Part shown: positions 1 through 8,567 of the stretch, piece by piece
How positions within the stretch are numbered: the stretch's first letter is position 1
Layout of the letters: every line of letters starts with the position of its first letter
IMG/VR virus record: IMGVR_UViG_3300020045_000945
Location: 1 to 26,761 of that record
Length of the DNA: 26,761 nt
Strand: one strand, 5' to 3'
From: a virus
Taxonomy: Duplodnaviria > Caudoviricetes
Program-made: the position numbers and the translations under genes
Notes under the pieces: model-generated
The model's input: the letters and a program-made list of their open reading frames with translations, nothing else
Told to the model about the DNA's origin: nothing
The model's database searches: none

Positions 1-66
1 CGTGCCGCCCGTGGTCTGACATGCCGCAAGGAACAGAAGGCCCGCCAGTGCTAACGCTTTTGCCAT
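1..66 (-). CDS. Putative o-spanin lipoprotein (Rz1-like), 3' end runs off the window
   Basis: Not in the ORF track. ATG at 66 reads MAKALALAGLLFLAACQTTGGT, a signal peptide with lipobox LAA-C. It overlaps the end of the i-spanin-like gene and is last in the lysis cassette. Confidence 0.75.
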   Translation of the reverse strand, partial: MAKALALAGLLFLAACQTTGGT

Positions 67-296
67 TGTGCCAACTCACGCTTACGGTCAGCCGCCGTTT
101 TGGCTGCTACCTGTTCATCAACCGCCTTGGCTTCCGCAGATGCCCTTGCATCCCGTTCGGCCTGCTTGGCGCGTTCAGCCTTTGCACCTGCCCGCTTGGC
201 CGCAAGCCATGCCGTGCCGAATGCAGTCAGAGCCGCAATGGCAAGGCCGATGTATTTGCCGAGCGAGGTTGTCAGGAATGCGAGAATGGCGGTCAT
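51..296 (-). CDS. Putative i-spanin (Rz-like)
   Basis: N-terminal hydrophobic helix (YIGLAIAALTAFGTAWLAA) followed by an Ala/Lys/Glu/Arg coiled coil. Lies between the holin-like gene and the lipoprotein. Confidence 0.7.
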   Translation of the reverse strand: MTAILAFLTTSLGKYIGLAIAALTAFGTAWLAAKRAGAKAERAKQAERDARASAEAKAVDEQVAAKTAADRKRELAQWQKR

Positions 297-493
297 TTTT
301 TCCAGCCCCGTTTGTCAGCCAGCTTGTACCAATATTCAGTGCCTGCCGCGATTGCCATGCCCGCCGCCATTTCCAAGCCGGAAACCAATTCAGGCGCTTC
401 AAGCAAAGTTGCGTCTTCGCCGGTGAAAAACCCCTTGGCAATCAAGAGGCCAGAGAGATACCGCAGGGCAATTCTTATCAGTGGACCAGACAT
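293..493 (-). CDS. Putative holin
   Basis: 66 aa with two hydrophobic segments (LIRIALRYLSGLLIAKG; LVSGLEMAAGMAIAAG) and a basic C-terminus. Directly follows the endolysin. Confidence 0.65.
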   Translation of the reverse strand: MSGPLIRIALRYLSGLLIAKGFFTGEDATLLEAPELVSGLEMAAGMAIAAGTEYWYKLADKRGWKK

Positions 494-495
494 GA

Positions 496-1233
496 TTATC
501 TCCGTGAAAACAGTGTGGAAAGCGCGGTCCAGATCAGCTTGAACCAGTTCATCTTGGCGGGTGGATTGACGGGCGGAAGGGTGATCTCAGGGCGGGTTTC
601 AATGGGCTTGGCAGGTTCAGGCACAACCGGCTTAGGCTGCACCCAAAGGCCATACCCTGCCCCGCGCAATGCCGCCTCGAACGTGCGGGCATATTTGGCA
701 ATCAGTTCAGCATCATCTTGGCCGTTGATCACGCGGCGCATTGCCGTATAATCTTTGTAGTCGTGCAGTGACTTGCCGGTGAACGTGCCTTTCTCCATGC
801 CCTCGAACATAATCCGAATGGCAAGCGGCAATTCCAGAACACGGTCTGGATTGCTTAGGAGGTCAACACCAGAGCGCCGTGACCAGTCTGCATAGTTAGA
901 CTTGCCCGTGATCTGGACAAAGCCACGCCCGCGATATTTGAACCCGTCGCCATCAGCCTGCGGTGTATTCCCAAGCCGAGCAGCCAGTTTGCCAGTGTCG
1001 TATTTGTCAAAATACTTGCGCCCGCCATATTCAACAATCGGCTGCATAGTATGGGCTGTCTCATGGTAAGAAGTTGCCAACATGTAGGCCAGCCACACAA
1101 GCGGGGTTTTGCGCCGTTCGGCTTCCGCAAGAATGGCCTCAATGCCGTCAACCTGCTTTTGCGACAATGACGTGCCGAAGATGCCGGAATCACGCTTGCG
1201 AAGGGCGGCGAAGAACTTTGCGCGGTCCATCAC
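496..1233 (-). CDS. Endolysin, glycoside hydrolase family 19 (chitinase-like)
   Basis: GH19 motifs AYMLATSYHET, YRGRGFVQITGKSNY and RRVING, then a Pro-rich linker and an amphipathic C-terminal helix. The start is either GTG 1233 or ATG 1230. Confidence 0.9.
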   Translation of the reverse strand: MMDRAKFFAALRKRDSGIFGTSLSQKQVDGIEAILAEAERRKTPLVWLAYMLATSYHETAHTMQPIVEYGGRKYFDKYDTGKLAARLGNTPQADGDGFKYRGRGFVQITGKSNYADWSRRSGVDLLSNPDRVLELPLAIRIMFEGMEKGTFTGKSLHDYKDYTAMRRVINGQDDAELIAKYARTFEAALRGAGYGLWVQPKPVVPEPAKPIETRPEITLPPVNPPAKMNWFKLIWTALSTLFSRR

Positions 1234-1406
1234 CTTGCCTCACTTGGCGTTTCCAGCGACAATTCCGCCGCTCGTTTTTCATCTTGCGCTCGCACCTGTG
1301 CGTTGATTTTTATGAAAAGCACCGCGACATGCTTGTATGGCAATTCGTTCAATGATGCGCCGATCAGTTCCAATTCGGATTGCGTCAATTTCAATTCATA
1401 TTCCAT
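1230..1406 (-). CDS. Small coiled-coil protein after the tail fibre, possible fibre assembly chaperone
   Basis: ATG at 1406 has an AAGGA RBS. The pattern LELIGASLNELPY...LFIKINAQ resembles small genes that follow phage fibre genes. Confidence 0.6.
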   Translation of the reverse strand: MEYELKLTQSELELIGASLNELPYKHVAVLFIKINAQVRAQDEKRAAELSLETPSEAR

Positions 1407-1416
1407 ATGCGTTTCC

Positions 1417-3228
1417 TTAGCTAAAAAGCCCATAAGCGCGGAGGTCGTTAATCATTGCGTAAACCCGCTCCGCAAGTTGCGGGAGCGTGACGGTCGATGT
1501 GGCGAATGTGGTGCGGGTGATTGTGCCTGTTGGTGCGGCTAGAGCGCCCCTCGCGACAGGCGTGGCAGCGAAAAACCCGATGCCCGTTGTGTTTATTTCC
1601 ACTTTTGCAGCGGAACCACCGTCCTCAAGTCGAACGCCGGACGCCCCTTTGCCGCGAACGATGAGAGAAATGTCGGTGTCCGTACCTGTCGCGAATAGCG
1701 CAGGATTGACACCTGCAGTTCCGCCCTTGACTGACGTATAATTGACGGCCTGTGATGCTGGCGCAATTCTAAAATGCTCACCAGCCCCATCGTGAGACAT
1801 AAACCGAATGGTCCCTGTCGTGAGCGAACTAAACTCAAGCCCCGCCGCCGCATCTGTTCCTTTAGCCCGTATGGAGCTTAGAACGCCTGTTCTTGAGTTG
1901 GTAATCTGGATATAATTTACAGCACCGGCGCCCGCAACGTCGTCCTTGAAAAGTGCAATTGCACGTTCACCTGTTCCGCCGACAACAACCTGTGTATTTT
2001 GAAAAATTAACCCAGTGTCTTGGCCAGATACCGCTGTAACATCCGAACGTATCACCGCGCCCGGCAATGTGCTTGATGAACCCCATTTGATGGCGTGGCC
2101 TGTCGCCATCGCTATGGCTGTGGCTGTGCCTGTCAGTCCATCAATGTTTCGATATAAAGCAGCGTTACGGAAAACAATTCCGACATTATATCTTTTTGTC
2201 GCATCGGAACTTGCAGTTGTGCCGCCTGATAAATCAATCGCAGCGGCGGCGGGGTTAAGTGCTTGTGTGATAGCAGTATCGGAATCGCCGACTGTATAGC
2301 CTGTCCCGCCTTCTGCCGAGATAAATAAACCTCTTACGCCGCTCATGTCATATGCGTTCGGGACGTAATTGGTGGTTGTATAGTTTCCGACCTGAATTTC
2401 CGCGCCAGCCGTCGCCGTCGCCGTGGACTTGTGGAAAACTTCGGCATATAGCGCCCGCGCGCCGCCACCGCTTTCATTTATGGCAACCGCCGCAATACCA
2501 ATTGCGCTTGGACCAATCGCCGCGCCTAAAAACCCATATTTTGCTACTGATTCATCGCCATAAACGGCAACCTGTGAGTTTTTGACAAAATAACTAGCTC
2601 CCTTTGTAGAAAGCCAATCCCCGCCATAACCATTAGCGCCAAGCCTGTTGCCCGTATATTTGGCAGCATCGCCAAAAAACACACGGTCCCGAAAGCGATG
2701 AATTTGAGTGGTAGGGGTATCGTCTTTAAAATAGCCGACTTGTGTGGGAATTGTGCCGTTTGATTGAAAGCCGGGGGCAATGCCAGAAAGAACCTCGTCA
2801 CCGGTTGCAGCGCCAGCCGTCACCCATGCCGTTCCAGTGCAAACGACAAACGCACTTGCCCCCGGCACAACCGTCACCGTTGCCGCGCCGTCGATCAATT
2901 CCGCCGCATTCGGGTCGAGAACGACCGCCGCGCCGTTGGCCTTGACATGAAACATGAACCCTGCGCCCGCTGTAGCGGCTACAGGAAGCGCCAATATCAG
3001 GGCAGATGTGCAATTGAACAGCTTACCGCGATCAGTCGTCAGGACGGTATAATTTGTCGTTTTGGTTGCAGGCAAAGCCGTGGCGAAATAGCCGCTAGCC
3101 AAGCCCTCGCCAATGTCGTCAACAATCTTGCGCAAGGCATTATCAACATTTGAAGGCGGGCAACCTGTGGCGATATTAATGCCGCCAACAGTGTTATTGG
3201 CGGAAGTCGCGTAATCAATGACAGACAT
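1417..3228 (-). CDS. Tail fibre / receptor-binding protein
   Basis: 603 aa, Gly/Ala/Thr-rich and beta-rich. N-terminal anchor-like segment (ANNTVGGINIATGCPPSNVDNALR), two AVNY..GTD repeats, C-terminal helix (INDLRAYGL). Last structural gene before lysis. Confidence 0.8.
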   Translation of the reverse strand: MSVIDYATSANNTVGGINIATGCPPSNVDNALRKIVDDIGEGLASGYFATALPATKTTNYTVLTTDRGKLFNCTSALILALPVAATAGAGFMFHVKANGAAVVLDPNAAELIDGAATVTVVPGASAFVVCTGTAWVTAGAATGDEVLSGIAPGFQSNGTIPTQVGYFKDDTPTTQIHRFRDRVFFGDAAKYTGNRLGANGYGGDWLSTKGASYFVKNSQVAVYGDESVAKYGFLGAAIGPSAIGIAAVAINESGGGARALYAEVFHKSTATATAGAEIQVGNYTTTNYVPNAYDMSGVRGLFISAEGGTGYTVGDSDTAITQALNPAAAAIDLSGGTTASSDATKRYNVGIVFRNAALYRNIDGLTGTATAIAMATGHAIKWGSSSTLPGAVIRSDVTAVSGQDTGLIFQNTQVVVGGTGERAIALFKDDVAGAGAVNYIQITNSRTGVLSSIRAKGTDAAAGLEFSSLTTGTIRFMSHDGAGEHFRIAPASQAVNYTSVKGGTAGVNPALFATGTDTDISLIVRGKGASGVRLEDGGSAAKVEINTTGIGFFAATPVARGALAAPTGTITRTTFATSTVTLPQLAERVYAMINDLRAYGLFS

Positions 3229-3234
3229 GTTGCC

Positions 3235-5268
3235 TCACTTTTTATAGGATATGGATTTGTTGCCGTCGCGGTGCGTGGTTTCGGTCCAGCCGTATTTTGA
3301 AGACGTGCGCTGGCTTGTGCCGTTGCCAAGATTGGTGACAGAGCCGCCGCCTTGGCTGTTGTATGTCGCCGTGTCGCCTGCCCTGCCGCCATACATCGCC
3401 CGATCAACCGCATTAACGCCGTTGCCGATGTAGGTTGACGGGCCTTGATACTGTCCGCCGCCTTTGAACAGGTTTGAAAGCAAGCCTTGGCCTTGCGGGT
3501 TGTTCATCAAAGCCTTGCCGAGAAGCCCGCCGATCAGACCGCCGATAGGACCGCCAACCATTGAACCGGCAACACCGCCCGCCAATTGACCGCCCATTGA
3601 TTTGAGATTGTCAGGGTCAAGCGCGTTTTGCAGTGTTCCCTGCACCTTTTGTTTCATTGTCGGCTTGGCCGGTGCAGCGGGGAATGTCTGCGGCGCTTGG
3701 ATAGGACCGCCCAAAGGACCGGCGATCTGCTGCGGAGGCGTTGTCATTGTTCCCGCCGTGCCTGTTGCCTGAATGGCAGGCCGTGCAACAGCGGGATTGG
3801 CTTGCATTGGCGTAGAAGGCGCAGCCATGCGGGTTTGGCCGTATTGCTGATAAGCTGCCGCCATTGTCTGCGGGCTTACCTGCGGGACTGTCTGTGGTGC
3901 TACGGGGCCACTTGGGAGTGGGTTATAGCGCGGTGTGGACGCCGCTTGCATTGGCGCGGCTTGGCGCTGTGGAATTGTGCCGGTCGGCATGGGCCGCGCA
4001 TCGGAATAGGCTGATGATGGAACATTCGGCAAAGCGCGTTGCGTCCGCTGTGGTGTTGCGGCAAATTGGTTTGTTGGTTGCGCTTTGGGCAGGGAATAGC
4101 CAACGCCGGTCGAAGTCTTGGCCTGCGGTGCGCTTGTCGGCATGGGCCGAATGCGGTCCTGAATGGCGGGGAGTGGTGAGCGCGTGACCTGTGGACGTTC
4201 ACCGGCATTTGCGGATGAAATAAACGATGCGCTTGAAGGTTTGACAATGCCGCCCGGATTATAGGTGCGATCTGCTGCCTTGGCTTGTGCCATCAAGGCC
4301 ATTGACTGGCGAGGCGTAGGAATGGGGATATTTCGCGCCTGCATTGGCAGATAAGGCCCACCGGTCAAAACCTGTTCGACCATTGGCCTAGCCCAATCGG
4401 GAGCCGCCGCCGCACTTGAACCTGAATATCCATTCGGGCCCCAAAATGCGGGGTTGTCTCTGGCGTCAACATGCATTGCGCCTGAATTGTAAAGCCCTAC
4501 GCCTTTAGCGCCGCCCATCAAGGCACGGTCAAGAATGTCCGCTTTCTGTTGTTCAGGCAGTCCTTTGACGCCTAAATCCATCGCAGTTCCGTAAAGATGT
4601 TGCGAATTGCCAGCGCCACCAACTGCGCGATTTTCGGCAACAGTTCGAAAGCCAGAGCGAATGCCAATATCACCAAATCCGCCGCGATTAAGCGAGGATG
4701 CAATCTCCCCAACCTTTGGGTTCATGCGGGGATCAGCCATTGCAGTCTTGACCGTGCCGTCATTGGCAACCATCGAAGGCGCAAGGTTCATCAGGCCAAG
4801 GCCATTGCCCCGCTTTCCAAGATTAGCCGAACCTTCCGCAGATGCCGAAGCCGTGCCGGTCAGTTGTGCTGTCTGCACCGCTTGCGGCTTGCGATAGCCA
4901 ACAGCCGTGTTGATTGAGCGCTTTTGCGGGTCAACGAAATATTCATGCCCGTCTGTGGACGTGACTTTCTGCAAGCCTTTTGGCAGGTTTTTGACTGCCG
5001 ATGGCGTGGCATAGAATTGCGCGGGAGTAACAGGCCCCTTTGTTTTGACTTCGGCCAATGCCTTTTCTGCAAGCGACCGATATTTTGCAACGCCAGGAGG
5101 CAGCGGCTTGCCGTATGCGTTAAATTCCTTTTTGTTTTTAACCACATCAGCAAGCGAAACACCGAGCGACTTCGCCCGATTGGCAATAACCGACGCGACG
5201 TGTAACATGTCGGTGTAAGACTTACCCTTGGCCTCGCCAAGGATCACGTCGATCACGTCTTGAGCCAT
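3235..5268 (-). CDS. Virion-associated peptidoglycan hydrolase: SleB/Hydrolase_2-like domain plus peptidase M15 domain, P/Q/A-rich linker and glycine zipper
   Basis: aa 1-112 read ILGEAKGK..VASVIANR..DVV..EFNAY..FYA..GHEYF. aa ~200-277 read IRSGFRT..N..VGGAGNSQHLYGTAMD..GVGLY..MHVDAR, with likely Zn ligands H224, D231 and H266. Confidence 0.8.
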   Translation of the reverse strand: MAQDVIDVILGEAKGKSYTDMLHVASVIANRAKSLGVSLADVVKNKKEFNAYGKPLPPGVAKYRSLAEKALAEVKTKGPVTPAQFYATPSAVKNLPKGLQKVTSTDGHEYFVDPQKRSINTAVGYRKPQAVQTAQLTGTASASAEGSANLGKRGNGLGLMNLAPSMVANDGTVKTAMADPRMNPKVGEIASSLNRGGFGDIGIRSGFRTVAENRAVGGAGNSQHLYGTAMDLGVKGLPEQQKADILDRALMGGAKGVGLYNSGAMHVDARDNPAFWGPNGYSGSSAAAAPDWARPMVEQVLTGGPYLPMQARNIPIPTPRQSMALMAQAKAADRTYNPGGIVKPSSASFISSANAGERPQVTRSPLPAIQDRIRPMPTSAPQAKTSTGVGYSLPKAQPTNQFAATPQRTQRALPNVPSSAYSDARPMPTGTIPQRQAAPMQAASTPRYNPLPSGPVAPQTVPQVSPQTMAAAYQQYGQTRMAAPSTPMQANPAVARPAIQATGTAGTMTTPPQQIAGPLGGPIQAPQTFPAAPAKPTMKQKVQGTLQNALDPDNLKSMGGQLAGGVAGSMVGGPIGGLIGGLLGKALMNNPQGQGLLSNLFKGGGQYQGPSTYIGNGVNAVDRAMYGGRAGDTATYNSQGGGSVTNLGNGTSQRTSSKYGWTETTHRDGNKSISYKK

Positions 5269-5278
5269 CGGGGAACCT

Positions 5279-5449
5279 ATGCAAATTGATCTAGAGCCGC
5301 ATGAATACAGGCGAGAGAATGAAACCCGCCGCGAACCGATTTTCGGGCCGAATGCGGTTATGTTCTTCGTTTACTTTGGGCTTGCGCTGCTTATCGGGCC
5401 TTTTGTGGCGAAGGCAGTAGACGCGGGGATAGCAATCCTGTGGCCGTAA
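5279..5449 (+). CDS. Antisense 56-aa membrane protein (moron or superinfection-exclusion candidate)
   Basis: Below the ORF-track cutoff. GGGGAA RBS, then MQIDLEPHEYRRENETRREPIFGPNAVMFFVYFGLALLIGPFVAKAVDAGIAILWP*. It spans the only sizeable gap between the ejection genes. Confidence 0.6.
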   Translation: MQIDLEPHEYRRENETRREPIFGPNAVMFFVYFGLALLIGPFVAKAVDAGIAILWP

Positions 5450-7115
5450 GGGCTGATGGGATTGCATACTTGGCCAGTTTGTTGAAAGCCCTCGACAAGG
5501 CAGGAGAAGCATTGCCGGATGAAACCATTTCCTCAAGCTGGCGAATGGCTGCGATTGAAGCCTTGTCAACTGACCGGCCCGCAATTTTACCAGCAATCGG
5601 AACACCAGCCGCGCCCACTGCGGAACCAATAGGCCCACCAACAAACCCGCCCAATGTCGCACCGAGCGTTGAGCCGCCGCCGAATGAAATCATGCCACGC
5701 GGGTCTGCCTTTGCGATTAGGCGCTTCACGCCGCCGCTCGTTTCTCCTGCGCCAATTTTCCGCACAAGAGCAATTTCCGCGTCTGTAAACCCGTCAGAGT
5801 TTTTAAGCAGCTTCTCATAAAGCGACATGGCTTTTTGAGTAATGGCATTGGCTTCGCCAGATTGCGTATATTTGCCAGCGCCCCGCATGTTGGCAACGTC
5901 GATCAGGGTTTCAATCGTGGAGGTTTTGGCCGAACGAGTATAAATTCCGTCTGCTTGGCGCAGGAGATCAAGGCCCTGTTTGCCATTTGGAACCGCATTT
6001 GTGGGTGGATTTTCAGCCCATCGGTTGATGAACGATTTTATTGCTTGAAGCCGCGCATTGTCTACTTTGCTTGCGCCATCCATGGCTTTTGAAACGATTT
6101 GCCGCATTTCATGGAAGGTTTCAACATCCATCGGCTTGTTCTTGTAGCCTTGGAGATATTCAATAATTCCCGTGGTTTGCGGGTGAAGTTTTTCATTGAG
6201 CCGACCGGCTGAAACTTCGATATTCTGCACAAGGCGATTTGTCGCTTGCGGTTGAATAACTGTTCCTGATTTGCGGGCAAGATCATAAAGATCACCAGCT
6301 TCAACAGCCAAACGCTTTGATGAGGATGGTGCTTTTGCGACTTTATTGGCGATACCCATGCCAATATCACCGGCCTTGCTGACAAGCCCCGCCGTGGCTG
6401 CACTGATGGCCGCGCCCTTAAGCCCGCCCATCGTCTTTTCTCCCTGCTTTGCATCGCCAGCGCCTTGAACATAGCCATAGCCCGCCGCTTCCGTCATCAA
6501 CGGCAATGTCTTGCCGACAACCGGCAGCGTTTTGCCCGCCATAGTCCAACCGGCCTTTGATACAGCGCCCGGCAACACAAGATCACCGGCAACCTTGCCG
6601 ATTGTGGATGCTATCGGAGAACGTTCCTCACGATTGCGCTTGAGGGCTTCCTGCATCAACTGCTCGCGGGTGTATGCTTCGTCATAGCCAACGCCGTCGC
6701 GCATCATGCGAAGCGGAGCGCCCGCAATCGTTGAGAATGCCTCGTCTGCCCACCCCATCGGGTTAATGCTGTCTGTTGCATCCCCGAAAGCACCATTGCC
6801 CTTCATCTGGTCAATCTTGCGGGCTTCCATTTCGGCGCGAATATAATTGTCCGTGCGCTCTGGATTGGCATTCTGTTGCGGAGCCGCGCCAAGCGTCTTC
6901 TGTGACATTTCGGCCAAGCCCGCTTGCATTTCATCGGCAGGCATACCGGGACCGGGACGTGTTTGCACACCGACAGGCGTTCCGGCTTCTGCCATTGGCA
7001 AACCTTGAGCCGAAGGCGCGCCAAATCGTTTTTGCAATGCACCTTTAATCACATCCGGTGCAGTTCCATCTGGAAACTCTGCAATGGAACCATCAGGCAG
7101 TTCGACTTCAATCAT
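5391..7115 (-). CDS. Putative DNA ejection / internal virion protein (large)
   Basis: 574 aa, Ala/Gly-rich and helical, with a C-terminal glycine zipper (GGGSTLGATLGGFVGGPIGSAVGAAG). Position matches the P22 gp16 / T7 gp16 slot. Confidence 0.65.
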   Translation of the reverse strand: MIEVELPDGSIAEFPDGTAPDVIKGALQKRFGAPSAQGLPMAEAGTPVGVQTRPGPGMPADEMQAGLAEMSQKTLGAAPQQNANPERTDNYIRAEMEARKIDQMKGNGAFGDATDSINPMGWADEAFSTIAGAPLRMMRDGVGYDEAYTREQLMQEALKRNREERSPIASTIGKVAGDLVLPGAVSKAGWTMAGKTLPVVGKTLPLMTEAAGYGYVQGAGDAKQGEKTMGGLKGAAISAATAGLVSKAGDIGMGIANKVAKAPSSSKRLAVEAGDLYDLARKSGTVIQPQATNRLVQNIEVSAGRLNEKLHPQTTGIIEYLQGYKNKPMDVETFHEMRQIVSKAMDGASKVDNARLQAIKSFINRWAENPPTNAVPNGKQGLDLLRQADGIYTRSAKTSTIETLIDVANMRGAGKYTQSGEANAITQKAMSLYEKLLKNSDGFTDAEIALVRKIGAGETSGGVKRLIAKADPRGMISFGGGSTLGATLGGFVGGPIGSAVGAAGVPIAGKIAGRSVDKASIAAIRQLEEMVSSGNASPALSRAFNKLAKYAIPSALTATGLLSPRLLPSPQKAR

Positions 7116-8149
7116 TCGAGTTCACCTGTTGCCTGATTGTATCTAAGGCGCTTTTGAGCACTGCCAATCGGAGCGTTAATCTGCGGCATTAGGTTGTTGA
7201 TATTGCCAGCCTTGCCGTTGATTGCACCAGACGAAACCGCTTCAAGGTCTTGCTTCAAGCCTTCGGCCTTTAGCCGCAAGGTTTCAGGGCTATCGAACAA
7301 TTGCGGAGAATACCGCTTGGCATATTCGTCTGTTTCAGCCATCGACATGCCAGCACCAGTCAAACCACGGCGAAGCGCGTCAACACCGGAAGCCATACGC
7401 CGTTGAACAATGCCGCTGTTACCCTTGCCGAGAGTCCCAGCCGCAAAATCCATCGGGCCAGTAGCATCACCAGCGTCAATCATTTTGATGATTTCGGGAT
7501 AGTCTTCCGTCAGAAATGCTTGACCGAGGCCAATACGTGCGCCAACTTCTGCAGGAATGCTTGTCCCGTTAAGGCCACCATCGCCAGAACCACCAATCTG
7601 AATTTCTGTTCCATCAGGGCTACGCCATGAAATCCCGTTATTCTTTGGCTTTGACCATTCTTGAAACGTAGGCAATTTATCATCAGGAACGCCACGTTCA
7701 CGGAGTTGGCGAATGGAATATTCGTAGTTCTGCTGGTCTGACGTGGGTTTAGGCTCAATACCGCCTGGGGGCGTGAACCATGAGCCATCAGCCTTGTTAA
7801 TAAACCGGCCATCGCCTGCGCTCATCAGGTCAAGCGGCTTTGGCGTTTTTGCCTCAACAGCCATCTTGTAAGCATCGCCACCGGACAAAGCACCCATTTC
7901 AACGGCTTGCGCCAGTTCGGGGTTCATTTTCTTTAGCCATTCAACGGTTTGGCTGAGTTTGGCCTGTTCGTCCATCTGCTGCTTGCGCTGCTGCCCTGCA
8001 ACGCCCGCCGCCTGCAATCCGCCGCCAAACTGTTCGCCCAACGTGCGCCCGCCCATCATGGCAGCACCCATCTGTAGGCGAACCATCGGATCAGACAGCA
8101 AGCCACCGGAGCCGAAAGGGTTTTTGAAATTGCCAAGCAAGCCAGCCAT
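7112..8149 (-). CDS. Putative DNA ejection / internal virion protein
   Basis: 345 aa with a Gly/Gln/Met-rich N-terminus (MAGLLG..GGLL..MGAAMMGG). Coupled by ATGA to the next gene in the ejection cluster. Confidence 0.6.
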   Translation of the reverse strand: MAGLLGNFKNPFGSGGLLSDPMVRLQMGAAMMGGRTLGEQFGGGLQAAGVAGQQRKQQMDEQAKLSQTVEWLKKMNPELAQAVEMGALSGGDAYKMAVEAKTPKPLDLMSAGDGRFINKADGSWFTPPGGIEPKPTSDQQNYEYSIRQLRERGVPDDKLPTFQEWSKPKNNGISWRSPDGTEIQIGGSGDGGLNGTSIPAEVGARIGLGQAFLTEDYPEIIKMIDAGDATGPMDFAAGTLGKGNSGIVQRRMASGVDALRRGLTGAGMSMAETDEYAKRYSPQLFDSPETLRLKAEGLKQDLEAVSSGAINGKAGNINNLMPQINAPIGSAQKRLRYNQATGELE

Positions 8150-8153
8150 GTTT

Positions 8154-8567
8154 TTACGCCTTTGTCATCGGAATGCCGTTCATGTACAGCGTTTGACCGG
8201 ATTTGATTTTGCGCGAGTCGTCGATAATGTTGCCTTGAGCGTCTCGAAACTCTTGCCCGTACTGATTGCCTGCGCCGCCCGAACCAGTCTTGCCGGTATC
8301 AACGCCGATCTGCTTGGCATATTGCGCAATCTGGTCAGGCCGCGTGATCTGAGGCAGGGAAATGCCTTTGAACAGGTTCGCCAGAAGCCCCATGTTTTCC
8401 GAAACCGGAGCGCCGTAACCCGCTGACATTTGTTCAGCAAGCAAGCCCTGCTGTCCGGGCATGAAGGCCGGAAACTGCTGCATGTTGATCGGCTGCGCGG
8501 CTGGTGTTGCCGGTGTTGCCGTTGCTGCTTTTTTCGTTTTGTTATCGCCACCGCTCATGTCAATCAC
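8154..8567 (-). CDS. Hypothetical virion protein
   Basis: 137 aa low-complexity ORF, GTGA-coupled to the upstream gene, inside the ejection cluster. Confidence 0.5.
   Translation of the reverse strand: MIDMSGGDNKTKKAATATPATPAAQPINMQQFPAFMPGQQGLLAEQMSAGYGAPVSENMGLLANLFKGISLPQITRPDQIAQYAKQIGVDTGKTGSGGAGNQYGQEFRDAQGNIIDDSRKIKSGQTLYMNGIPMTKA

Noticed and set aside
1417-3228. Diversity-generating retroelement or invertible fibre system
   Set aside because: No reverse transcriptase, invertase, template/variable repeat pair or inverted fibre cassette is visible in the window.
5242-5259. Tandem GATCACGTC x2 near the divergent starts
   Set aside because: It encodes DVI-DVI in the 677-aa protein. 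With only two copies there is no independent support for an operator.
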